From Eledone cirrhosa (Eukaryota), in assembly GCA_964016885.1 (NCBI GenBank), contig OZ024740.1:258602001-258666000 (forward strand): a DNA stretch of 64,000 nucleotides, written 5' to 3'. The notes beneath the pieces were generated by a model, which searched no databases, had not been told where the DNA came from, and was given only the letters and a program-made list of their open reading frames with translations. The stretch's first letter is position 1. Every line of letters begins with the position of its first letter. Positions 1-11,616 of the stretch are shown here, piece by piece. The position numbers and the translations under genes are program-made.

Positions 1-41
1 AGCAACTTTCCCATACATACATACATGCGTACATACATACA

Positions 42-2450
42 TCTAAAACCACGCAATCAAGATACAAACAAAAAGCCTGAACCAGCGTGGATGCGAAATT
101 TAAAAAGCAAAATTTTATCCCTGAGACGAAGTATCTCACACATCGCAGTCATTATGAAATGCAACATAGAGAGAAATTTCACACGACACCAGGAAGACCT
201 AAAAAAAAAGTTAGAGAGACGATTTGGAGATACAAAATTTAAAACTTTAAACTCCAAATTACACCAGTTGAAACAACAACTCACAGCTACAACAGAAAGA
301 CTGAAATATAAGTCCACGGCACATAAAGGACAAGTGCTAAATAGATTGTTTGCCAGAGATCCTAAATCAGTTTAACACAGCTTCGGTGGCAAAAGCTCAA
401 TCTCTGTAAATGACACCCCTTCAAAAGAACAGGTTGAGAGCTACTGGAGATCTGTATAGGAAATGGATGACGGATTCAAAGACAAACTAATTGGCTGAAA
501 GAACTGGAACAGGACTACTGCCAACATGTCCAGACAAAACAATATGACATAGATGGGTCAATACTGGAAACAGCTCTACAGAAAATGTCGAATAGGAAAA
601 CACCAGGCCCAGACCTCATTACAGGATACTGGTTGAAGAATTTCACTTTCTATCGGCAAGATCTCATACGGCTGTTTACAGAAACCATTAAAGGCACACA
701 AGAGCTGCCCAGATGGTTATCAACTGCCACTACTCTCCTCATTCCCCAAAATAGCCAAACCACCCTTGCTAAAAATTACCGCCCAATAGCCTGCCAAAAC
801 ATCATGTATAAATTATATACTGGGTGCCTTAACCTGTTCTTACAGGATCACTGTGCTACCAACAACATCATAACACCTGAGCAAGCTGGTGGAAAGAGGG
901 AGGTGTGGGGTTGCATAGATCACCTACTAACTAATAAAATGATTCAAGAAAAAACAACAAAGAATCGCAGAAACATGACTGTGGTGTGGCTGGACTATCA
1001 AAAAGCATTTGATAGTGTACCTCATGGGTGGATTGTTAAGGCTTTACAGTTAGCCAAAGTCCCACAACCACTGGTAGCTGCTGTTGGACGTCTGACCAAG
1101 AACTGGTACACCAATTTGATCCTTAGAGGTGAGAAGGAGCAAGTTAAGACTGCCAGAAGGGTATCTTTCAGAGTGATAGCTTGCCAGTGCTACTCTTCGT
1201 TCTCTCACTAGATCCACTATCTTACCTACTCAGGAAATAAGGTGGACAAAGAAGTGGGTCCAGAAGTATCTCCCATCTTTTCTTTGTTGATGACCTGAAG
1301 TTGTATGGGCCAAATATCAATGACATCAAGAAACAATTGGACCTCATTACACAATTTTCAACGGACATCAAAATGAAATTTGGTGAGTCCAAGTGTGCAT
1401 ATTTGGCAGTAAAACGTGGAAGAGCTGTCCCCTCCTCTAGGAATCGAGAGATGAACTGACTGACAATACAACCTCTACAATCAGGTGACAACTACAGATA
1501 TCTTGGACAGGATGAGAATGTCAGATATGATGGACCCATAAATAAGGAGAGAACCAGAACTGAATACCTCAGAAGAGTAAAGAAAATATAGTCATCAGAA
1601 CTGTAGCGTACAACAAATACATTGCCCACAATACTTATGCTGTGCTAATTCTAACGCCAACATTTGGCCTGCTGAACTGGTCATTGCAAGAACTAAGTGA
1701 GATGGATGTTAGAACTCGCAAACTTCTCAGTGTTACTAGGAACTTTAACATCAATGGTGATGTGAATAGGCTATACTTCTCACGCAAGGAAGGTGGCTGG
1801 GGTCTAAAATCCATATTAACATCATATGAGACCTGGATAGTAACACTGAAGCAACATCTTCAACAGAGGAAAAAGGTTGGCAACCATCTTGCCCAGGTTT
1901 ATGAGCATGAAAAAAAAATATCATTAGAATAGCCACTGATCTGGAGGAGAGATAAAGAATAAAGCCTGATATAAATCTCTCACCCAGAGAAATCGGAAGA
2001 TCCTATTCAATGTTCAAACAAGATGAACAAATTTACCAATTTACAGAAAAAGTTGTGCATGGATACTTGAGACGTAAAACACAGACCATAGAGGGGATAA
2101 ACCACTCCAAAATCCTGGCATGGAGTTCCGACAAATTTATGACATCACACCTTGAGGGATATCTCTATGCAATACAGGAACAAGAAATCCCTACCAAATA
2201 TCTGCTGCAAAAAAGGGGAGGGCTATCAGCTGACAATAAATGTAGGCTATGTAAAAGAAAGATCGAGGATGTAAGCCACATTGTTGCCAGCTGCGAAAGA
2301 ATGTCATCTCGCTACTACCTCGCCATGAGACACGATGGGATAGCTAGAACCATGTGGAACGCACTTCGGAAAACAAAATTAACAACAAACGAGGAAGAAT
2401 ATATTGAGACAGATGGCACTAAGGAATACACAACTGGACCACGGTATAAC
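42..2450 (+). mobile_element. Degraded R4/Dong-clade non-LTR retrotransposon (RT plus start of restriction-like endonuclease), frameshifted and truncated
   Basis: ORF pieces carry KTPGPDLITGYWLK, NYRPIAC, EQAG, WLDYQKAFDSVPH and SHLFFVDDLKLY (~1268-1303). C-terminal CRLC..HIVASC..RHD motif in 2010-2453. Many stops and frameshifts. Confidence 0.85.
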
Positions 2451-2699
2451 TGATTTTGAATTTGTGGATAAAGAACGTAGCTCCTTAATTAACATATTAT
2501 AAATAGCTGCGATATGTGGAACCTTCAAAATTTGTAAAATATTCTTTTTTTTTTTTTTTTTTTTTTTTTTTTCCTTTATTTTACAATTTTGCTACCGAGA
2601 AAGTAGCCGGTCAGAAATAAACTTGAAATTCAGAGAAAGAAAACATACTCATATTTTTTTTAAATCTTATTAATAACACCAGTAAGAGGGTATCCAACC

Positions 2700-3660
2700 T
2701 CTCTTCTAGCAAATCCATCTTAGACAGGGCACCATTCTACTATAACTCAGCCCCAAGCAACAACAGCTTCCTCGAGACAATCACTTACTCCCCAGAACAC
2801 CGCCCTATAACTAGCAAGAAAAGAAAAACTAGAGCACTATCCGTGCTCAATTTGAAGACCTATGTATGTAGAACATTCTTAGCTCTCCTAGATTTTCATA
2901 AATACCGACCAATATTCAACCGCCTTACAGTGAAAATAGGCTACTCTTGTACCAATAACATAAAATCCCACATCACAAACAAACGTAAAAGTCTTCCACC
3001 TTGCGGAGGTTCGTGCAGAAGGGCAGAGGCATGACACTTGGATCAACAGTGCAACACTCCAGCGGTGATATATGAAGCAAAAGTGACCTCCACCAAACAG
3101 AACTACGAAACTAAAGCCTGGACTTATGCGGGAATGTCTGAGAGCCGGTTCAAAAGCAGTTTCCTGAACCTCGATACAACCTTCAGATCTCCTGACAAAA
3201 CATATCACTCAGCTCGCAAACCATGTATGTAGCCTCAATATTACGACACAGCATTCTCCATTTGTTGGAGGATGCTTCAATCACTGTCTTCATGAAGCAA
3301 AATTTGTTCTGGAAAAATTGCCTAGACTGGATAACTGAATTTATTTTCTTCGACTTTTCAACTTGACCCATGGGATCCTTCTGTAACAAAAGTTGCCTCC
3401 CTTGGTTGTTTATTATTACCTCCATTTTCACTAATATTATTCAAGGGATTTCTCTATTTATAGATCAATTCGGGATTACATACCTTTAGAACTCTCTTAT
3501 ACTTTCTAAAATCTCCATGAGGGGAAGCCATTTTAATTTATATGATAGGCTGAATGAGTTAAGGTGAATAACCCAACGAAACTTAAGTACATGTCAATGT
3601 TGTAACTAATGATACTTAACTCATCCTATGGAGTGACTGTTCTTACCAAATTTGTACTAC
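2700..3660 (+). mobile_element. Penelope-like element 3' remnant (Naiad-type GIY-YIG endonuclease plus 3' UTR)
   Basis: IFNRLTVKIGYSCTNNIKSHI, then Cys motif, VIYEAKV..TYAGMSESRFK. HHR-like CTGAATGAG..CGAAAC at ~3550-3590. Ends at (TA)n. Homologous to 51000-51858. Confidence 0.75.
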
Positions 3661-3967
3661 TCTCTCTATATATATATATATATTATATTCTAGCTGAGCC
3701 GGCTTGACAGCTCTATATGCAAATGAGACTAATCAGCCCATCTACATAGGCGAAAGAACTATATATTTCCGCCTGTTTCAAATTCCATCAGAGAGCAGTG
3801 CAGGTGGTGGCGAAGCACTGTCCCGATGGCGGACAGAGCCAGAATCACGTTGGCAGTTGGCTCCGCTACTTCTGCTGGAATCTGCTTGACGGCGCTAACC
3901 CTCAGCTTCTCAATATTCATAGCTAAAAGGCTTTCCAAATGTTTATCATTAGTATACAAAATTCACA

Positions 3968-4007
<40 letters not shown>

Positions 4008-4111
4008 GCTGGACGGACGAAAATGTATTAACTTTGTGCACCATTGAGTGCTTAGTGACTACCTCAAACAATTCGATTGGTATCTGCGGCTACAACTTCG
4101 ATTTATACCTA

Positions 4112-4872
4112 TTATTATTTTTATCATTGTATTTACTTTTCCTTCCTTAAGTACGGTTTCCGTTATATGCCGAGTGTCTTCCTGACACCTACGGCAAATA
4201 AACTCACTGTATACATTGGTAAGCCAGTTAGCACACCAGATCGATTATAATTTTCAGAGAGATAGTGTTTTTCTTAGTAAGTGTGCAGTACCAGATAAAG
4301 CAATGTTTTGCACCTCTTGCAGAGAGGGTAAACCAGAGATCATTCTCAAACAGACCTTGTGATGTTGGTCTTTTACAATGATATCTGGTCTATTAGTTTT
4401 ATGGTGCTTGAAAACTCTTTGAGATAGTACCTAGTGCTGCTATGACAATCAGGATGACCTTGAAATCATGACTGTCCCAAAGCCTTTTTGATTCCTAATT
4501 TATATCCTGGTGGCGGTTAATTTTCTCCTTCTCCTTATCTTGCACTCTTTTGACAAAGGTGCAGGCTACATCTACAATCAAGCACGATCTTTTTTCCTTG
4601 TCAAAAACCACCAGGTCAGGCCTATTGTGTTCTAATTTCTTGTCCGTCTGTGTCCTGAAATTCCATAACACCTTCACTTGATCGTTTTCTATCACCGACT
4701 CTGGCTATGCTCATACCACTTCTCAGAATGTGGTAATTATTTAGTTTGCATAAATGCCAGTGAATCACCTTTTCTATAATATCATACCTCCAGGCTTTAT
4801 AGTAAGTCTGGGCCAGATGTTTACACTCGGATACGATGTGAGCCACAATTTCCTTTCTCTCTCCACAGATCC
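4112..4872 (-). mobile_element. R4/Dong-clade LINE 3' fragment (RLE endonuclease, 3' UTR, degenerate (TAA)n tail)
   Basis: HIVSECKHLAQTYYKAWRYD and LWNFRTQTDKKLEHNRPDLVVFDK..IVDVAC..EKINRH (PD-D-K motif) on the minus strand. Confidence 0.85.
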
Positions 4873-4875
4873 TAT

Positions 4876-5035
4876 ATTATTATTATTATTATTTTTATTT
4901 TCTTTATTATTGTTTCTGAGGTATATGCCGAGTGTGTTCCTGACACCTAGGGCAAATAAATGCACAGTGTGCATTGGTAAGCCAGTTAATACAGCACATT
5001 GATTATAATTTAAAAAAAGACAGTATACATATATA
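4876..5035 (-). mobile_element. Second R4/Dong 3' UTR fragment with (TAA)n tail
   Basis: 4920-5020 repeats 4160-4260 (tatatgccgagtgt.ttcctgacaccta.ggcaaataaa...cattggtaagccagtta) and abuts (TTA)n at 4876-4895. Confidence 0.7.
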
Positions 5036-5055
5036 CACATGTTATTATTATTATT

Positions 5056-8000
5056 GTGTCAGCACAGAAAGCTGCACCAACAACATCAAAAACAACACAA
5101 ACAAAGAAATGGGTAACACCACCAACATCAAAAACAGCCGGACCACCACCAACACTGAAACCAATCCAAGGGGAAAACGAGGAAAGCTCTCCCACTCTCC
5201 CTAGCCCTCCAATTATACACATAGACAAAACAATAAACGCACACACAGACACAGACCCTTTGTCTTCCAGCAGCGAAGATGAAGGAAAACCCAAAAGTGC
5301 CAAAAAACAGAGAAAACTCACCAAAAAAAGCCCCACCAAAACACAAAAAATACAGACACCACTAACGCAAAAACTTCCCCAATAACATCAGCACCAACAT
5401 CAACATCAACACCACCCCCACAATCCCCGAAACGCAAACAACCTAAACAAACACAAGAACAAATAAACACACAAATATCTGAAATTGCAGACACCACACC
5501 TACAACAAACACAGACATACCCGAAACAACACCACCAAAACCATCACCACCACAGTCACCAAAACGAAAACAAATAAAACCACACCAACAAAATATTAAA
5601 AACTTCGTGCTTGTCAGAAGGGGCAACGATGGACTGATGGCTCTCTTAGCACGAAGCAAGGACATTCAAACAGAGGGTGAGATCGTTGAAATGAGCACAT
5701 TTTGCGTGCCAGAAGATTTGCTTCTGGTCCGAATGTCGCTATATTCCTTCAAAGATTATTTGGGAGAGCTTTCCTCAAGACGTGGGAACCCCGAATGTGA
5801 AACCCACATCGAGACTTTTAAAGGGGTTCCCAAAAGAAACCCAACCAACTATGGAGGTCAAACCACCCGACCTTCACAAGACTCCGGGAGGTAACTAAAC
5901 CTACCCTCTCTCTTTTAGCTTGCCAACATGGCCATATTTAAAAGTAGGAAGTTTAAATGTTCGCGGCCTGGGGTCACCCTGGAAGCAGGGTCGCCTGCTC
6001 AACGACCTCAGGTCTCTGGAAATGGATGTGATTGCCGTCAGCGAGACCAGAATTTCCGACACGTGTGCACTAGCCCCTATTTTCGACGATATCAGATCTT
6101 CGCATCTGTTAGCAGACCGGGAATGGGAGGTGGGGTGACAGTGCTGTTTAGGATAGGAATGGATCTCGAGGTAAGGTCGATATTCCGGGACCCAGACGGT
6201 AAGTTGGTGGCCTTGGATGTGAGCACTAGCGAAGGTGGTGCCTTTAGACTGTTGGCCATCTACGCCCCTACTAGGGCCGGACGACCGCACTTCTTCAGGT
6301 GCCTGTAGACCTTTCTGGGCTGGGTAGGTCTCGCACTTTACTATTAGCGGGGGACTGGAACGGCATCTTAGACGCACGCTGGGATTGTGTGGGAATAGCT
6401 GATAGGAGCGGGGGGGGGGGGGGGGTTCAAAAGCCTCAAGCACCTAATCAGCCAGTTCCAACTGTCTGTCAGGTATCGACTAGATTTCCCCAATGGGCCA
6501 GTGTGGACATGGACCAACCGCATGGGGTCATCTAGATCGTATATAGACAAGATCTTCATTAGGAAAATAGATAGAAATAGTGTAGGGTGCTAACTTTTTA
6601 AAACGGTCGCCTATTCAGATCACAAATTTGTGATCTGTATGGTCGACCTAGATAAAACGCGTAGGTTGGGACCGGCTTACTGGAAGCTGAACATGTCATT
6701 TCCGGCACGTAAGGCTTACTGGGACCGGTCAACAATTTAGTTAAGCAAAAGTTGACAGAGGGGATCATCAAGAACAGATGGTGGGGGGCTCTCAAAAGAC
6801 AGATTAGAGTAACTTCGATAGAGTTCAGCAAAGAACTAGCGTTAGAAAAAAATAGAAAGGAGGGGGGAGCTGGTAGATAAGTTAGAGGAGGCTATTTGTA
6901 GTGGCATTGCAGCTGACGTGCTAGCGGCGAGAATGGCATTAGAGCATTTCTTCAATGCGAAACACAGAGGTTGTATTGTCAGAGCTAAGGCGCATGCGCT
7001 GAGAAACAACAGAACCAAGCTGTTCGATGGGCCCGCGTGGCGGAAGCGCAGCGTGGTAATAAAACCACACTTCGGTCTTTGGCGGACCGAGACGGACACG
7101 AGATAAGCGATTCCAAGCGGATGTGTGAGGCCTTTCGCCAGCACTTTGCTCGGTTGTTCGGGGAGAGTGGCGAGTCAGAGAGAGTAGCGGATTTCAGTCC
7201 CTACATTGACGGCTTGCCGCGCATCTCGAAGGTTGACGCTGAGCGCTGCGAAACGCCGATTACTTCAGCCGAAATTCAGGACGCCCTTGTCGGCTGAATG
7301 AGGCGCAAGTCACCCGGTTTGGATGGCCTGCCCTACGAGCTTTACGTAAATATGCCAGACTTGTTCTCCGATCTCCTCGAAGCTCTCTACTGCAACTGGC
7401 AGCAGAATGGGAGTATTCCCAGTTCTGTGAGTAGGGGAGTGGTGACGCTGATAAGGAAAGACGAGAACAAGAGGGATACATTAGACAACTTCAGGCCCAT
7501 AACTCTGCTCAACACAGAGTTTAAGATTTTAGCCAAGCTGTTAGCAAACAGATTGGCGCTTGTCGTCGAGGATTTGGTTGGGGAGGCGCAAACTTGCGGA
7601 ATCCCAGCCAGGTCCATACACGACAATGGCCACCTCTCGCAACCATTTCGGCTCTCCCGATCGGTTCGTCAAGGGTGCCCTCTCTCTTCCCTTCTATACG
7701 TATTGACTCTCGAGCCTTTACTGCGGAAACTGGAGCTGTTGCAGGGCATTCCGCTCGAACTGGGACGTGGAAAGGCGGCACCTTATTGAAGGAATATGAA
7801 AGGTTGACAGGAGCTAAACTTAACCCGGAAAAGTCGGTGGGCTTGCAGCTCACAACCTGGAGAGGCAAGTCTATGCCATCCAACAGCGCCGTGGGGCGCT
7901 GGACGGACGGACCGGTAAAGTTGCTCGGGGTTTGGTTCGGACCAGACCTCCAGGTGGAAAAGAATTGGGACGAGGTAACGAGCAGAGTAGCCAGTCTCAC

Positions 8001-9361
8001 CCAAAAATGGGCTGGGAGGAAGCTATCACTGAAAGGTCGCGTGGAGGTGGCGAATGCGTACATCGCGTCTGTCATCTACTACCACCTGACTGTCGTGCCT
8101 TGCCCCCGTCCGCGCCTCGTCAAGTTGGAACGGCTCCTCTTCAAATTCTTGTGGAAAGGACAAGTTCCATTGGTGAGGCGGTCCATCTGCTGCCAGCACC
8201 CTTTACGAGGAGGGCTGGGCATGCCGTGGCTAATGATGCGCAGACATGCGCTGAGGCTGCGACATCTCCAGATATTCTTCCTAAACGGTGAACCGGTGTG
8301 GTCGCCGTTTATCAGACGTGCCTTTCCGCAGCTCGTTATTTTGACTAAGCTGCAGTCCTGGGTCAAGACTGAGTGACTGGCACCTGGAATGTTGCCAGGC
8401 ACTCACTGCCCTTTACCAAGTGAACAATGCGATCAGTGGAACTTCCACTCTCGAGTTCTATAGAGGATTAGTGGTGGGCAAGTGCGATGACGCACTCGGA
8501 GAAGCTTTGGGCCTCGACGAAATCGAACTGACCAGTCTGTACCGGAGGACTTTCGAGCCGGGGACGATGGACAATTTCCAGAAATCCCTCGCTTGGCAGT
8601 GCTACCGGGGGGCACTGCCGGTTCGGGATAAACTCTACAGGCACGGAAGTGCTGTCAGACGGACCTGCCCAAGATGCGCACAGAGCGACAAAACCGTTCT
8701 GCACGCACTTGTCCAATGTCCGTGCATTACTGACTTGTGGAGTTATGTCGAACAGCTACTGTCGCGTGTGGAACGGATCCGGGTATCGGCCGAGTCCATA
8801 GTGAAGATCGACCCGCCATCTTCCTTAGGTCAGGAAGAGCAGGCAATTTTCCTCTGTCTGGTGGCAGTTGCGAAAGAGGTGATATGGTGGACCAGATTAA
8901 AAGGACTGAAGACAGATACTTTTCTCTTCGGCCAATCCCTCATCAACTTCTTCAAGTTTCACCTGGAAAGGAAGGTGAGGGTGGAGAGAGAAGTGATGCC
9001 CCGCAGTACATTTGCTAAAAGGTGGATGAATGTGGCGAGAATGGCCCGTGTGAATGGGCCTACTCTGACCATGCGCCTATAGGCTAGCTAACTTGAGGGG
9101 AGGGGTGCTCTTCCTGGGTGCCCTAGAAGCGCAGGGTGGTTCAGGATTGGTGGGGTACCTGAGTCATCCCTGGGTCGTCCACCCCTATAGGGGAATTTAT
9201 TTTCTTATATTTATGCATAGATTATTTTATATTTTTTATATCTTCATTGTTAAATTAGTCTTGCCATTGTGCACTTTTACTCGACCTTATTGTAAACCCC
9301 CACTGTCCCTGTCTTTGTATTGTCCCCTACATGTCGGCCCTTGTGGCTAATAAATGAAATC
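5056..9361 (+). mobile_element. Tx1-clade (L1 group) LINE copy A, 5'-truncated inside ORF1, degraded
   Basis: APE motifs (VGSLNVRGL, AVSETRI, AGDWN, YSDHK), RT motifs (KSPGLDGLPYELY, FRPITLLNTEFKILAK, RQGCPLS), C-terminal CPRC..H..C, 3' UTR with AATAAA. (TTA)n on both flanks. Confidence 0.9.
5928..9082 (+). pseudogene. Tx1 copy A ORF2 (APE endonuclease-RT), disrupted
   Basis: CAACATG start at 5928, stop at 9082. Frameshifts, stops and two internal deletions, one removing the YADD motif. Confidence 0.85.
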
Positions 9362-9375
9362 ATTATTATTATAAA

Positions 9376-9408
<33 letters not shown>

Positions 9409-9622
9409 GGCGACCTACGGAGGAAATCGTATTATCGTGAGCTCCGCAAAGGTTTGTTGTTTTCAGTTGTTTCAAATTGCCATTTATAGAAAATTTTTGT
9501 TGTTAAGTGTTTATAAGTTCACATATATTGCTTTCGGAAAAGGACACTCAAAAAGATTGGGGCCTTGTGCCCAAAATTTAAACTTTTACATTTATCAAAC
9601 AAAAAATTTCTTTGAAAAAATC

Positions 9623-11582
9623 ATGGACGACTCACAGCCACACCAGGCTGACAGCCTTCCTCACAAACTAACACCTCACACCAACACCACCATTGTAAAT
9701 ATTACTACGTTTGCCAACACTAAAAATATAAACAGTAGCAATAATTTAAATTCGTCCCATGCAGACATTCATTTCCCGCCATTACCAAATACTGCAGGTG
9801 TTAAAGCCGCCACACCCACCACCACCACAGCGACAACAGAAACAAAATACAAAAATAAATTATTATCTCGTGACATCGAAATGGATTCACCCGGAATCGA
9901 CTCTTCCACACCGAACACCATCGACGCCACCACCACCACAACTGAAACTAAAAATGACAATAACAAAAATAACAATAACAATAACAGCAACAAGAACAAT
10001 GAGAAAAACAACAAAAACATCAACACCACCGCAAATGTGTCGTTTGCCAAAGCAGCCAAGAAATGCGAAACAATCGAGGTAACTCAGGAGGAAATAAATG
10101 AAGCCAAGAGAATGGTAAAGAAAGATGGGTACAGAGTCAGCCTCACCCCCCACCCCTCACCCCCACCTAATAAAATGGAGCATCGGCGCCTATGTACCGT
10201 GTCTTATCGGACGATTAACACAAATCGCGCCGAGTAGAACGGGCATCCGAGTCCCAAATCCAAAAAGCTTTGGGACATGTGTGGGCGAAAAAAACCCACA
10301 TCAGACGTGGGCAGAAATATGGAACCGTGGACGTGTTCTTTTGAACACCACAGGAGGCCAGAGAGCACTCCATGGCCCCATTAAGAAGCGACGACTTCAC
10401 ACTCGTCCCAAGCTATTGTGGTCAGAGATTCGTGAAGATCATGGTGACCCACGTTCCACCGGCCATCGAAATTCCCTGGCTAATGGCTGCCGTCCTCGCC
10501 GGCATCGAGGCCAACACCAAAATAATTGAAATATCAAAAGAAAAGCAGGAGAACTGGTCCGGATCTGGGATGGAGCTCCTGATCCAAGCGGACCAAAAAG
10601 GCATTGAGGAAATTCCAGAAGTAATAGACCTCACTGACGGCAGCCACCTCACCGTAATCGTCGAGGGCAGAAGGCCTAGGTGTGTCGTTTGTGGTGAAGG
10701 AACCCACCTAAAGGCTTTCTGCCCTCAGGCTAAAAAGTTGAGGCCACCTCTCTTACCCACCCAAGTGACTCAACCAGCAGCAGAAATGGCAGCAACAAGT
10801 GTAGCAGCAACAACAGGAGCAACTGTAGCAGCAACAACCCCAGCAACAGAAGAAGAACCAACACCACCACCACCCACCGCGCCAGAACTAGCACCAGCGC
10901 CTCCACCATCCACCACGCCACAACCAAAACCAACGCCTGCGGAGGATTTTCCACTCCCCGACTTATGGCAACTGGAGACAGATTGTGACGATGAGGAGTG
11001 GGAAACTGTATCAGGAAAAAAGAAAAAAAGAAAAAGAAGCCAAAAAAGAAAAAATCATCTCCCTTCCCCCTCCAAAAACAAAATACAGAGGGAAACAAAT
11101 AAACTATCAAACGAAAAAGTTAGGACAGCTATGTCACCATCCACACCAGCATCACCAACTTCATCACCACAAACACCAACACCATAACCATCATTAACCC
11201 CAACACCACCATCACCAACACCACAAAAGTCACCAACAAGCGAAACAGAAACAAACCCACAACAAACGCAAACAAAACAAAACGATACACACTACACAGC
11301 ATTAAATTTGAACAACAACCAATTATTACACTACATCCAACACAACACAAGCATCACAGAAAAAGACTACACAACACCCCAAAAGTTCACACTACTTCCA
11401 CACATACAAATCACTCGCATCACACAGAAAACGTACACGTCACTGAAACAAAAATTCCCCAAAACATCCGAGACTTCCGACAAGCCCTCTCCATGAGGAT
11501 TTATAAGGACATCCTTCCGGAGGAAGCCACAAGCAGTGAAAAGGATGGAGAAACCATCCTTCCTCTACGAGAAGTAAGGTAA
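9623..11582 (+). pseudogene. Tx1 copy B ORF1 (Asn/Thr-rich N-terminus, CCHC zinc knuckle, Pro/Thr-rich tail), frameshifted
   Basis: MDDSQP start, SFAKAA motif, VIVEGRRPRCVVCGEGTHLKAFCP, WETVSGKKKKRKR. Confidence 0.75.
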
Positions 11583-11616
11583 GTGGTCTTTCCCATCTTT
11601 TCCACTCCATTTCAAC

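Noticed and set aside
3549-3595. Possible SECIS (ATGA..AA..GA) in the Naiad-type 3' UTR
   Set aside because: The helix is too short for a SECIS, and the sequence fits a variant hammerhead core (CTGAATGAG..CGAAAC) better.
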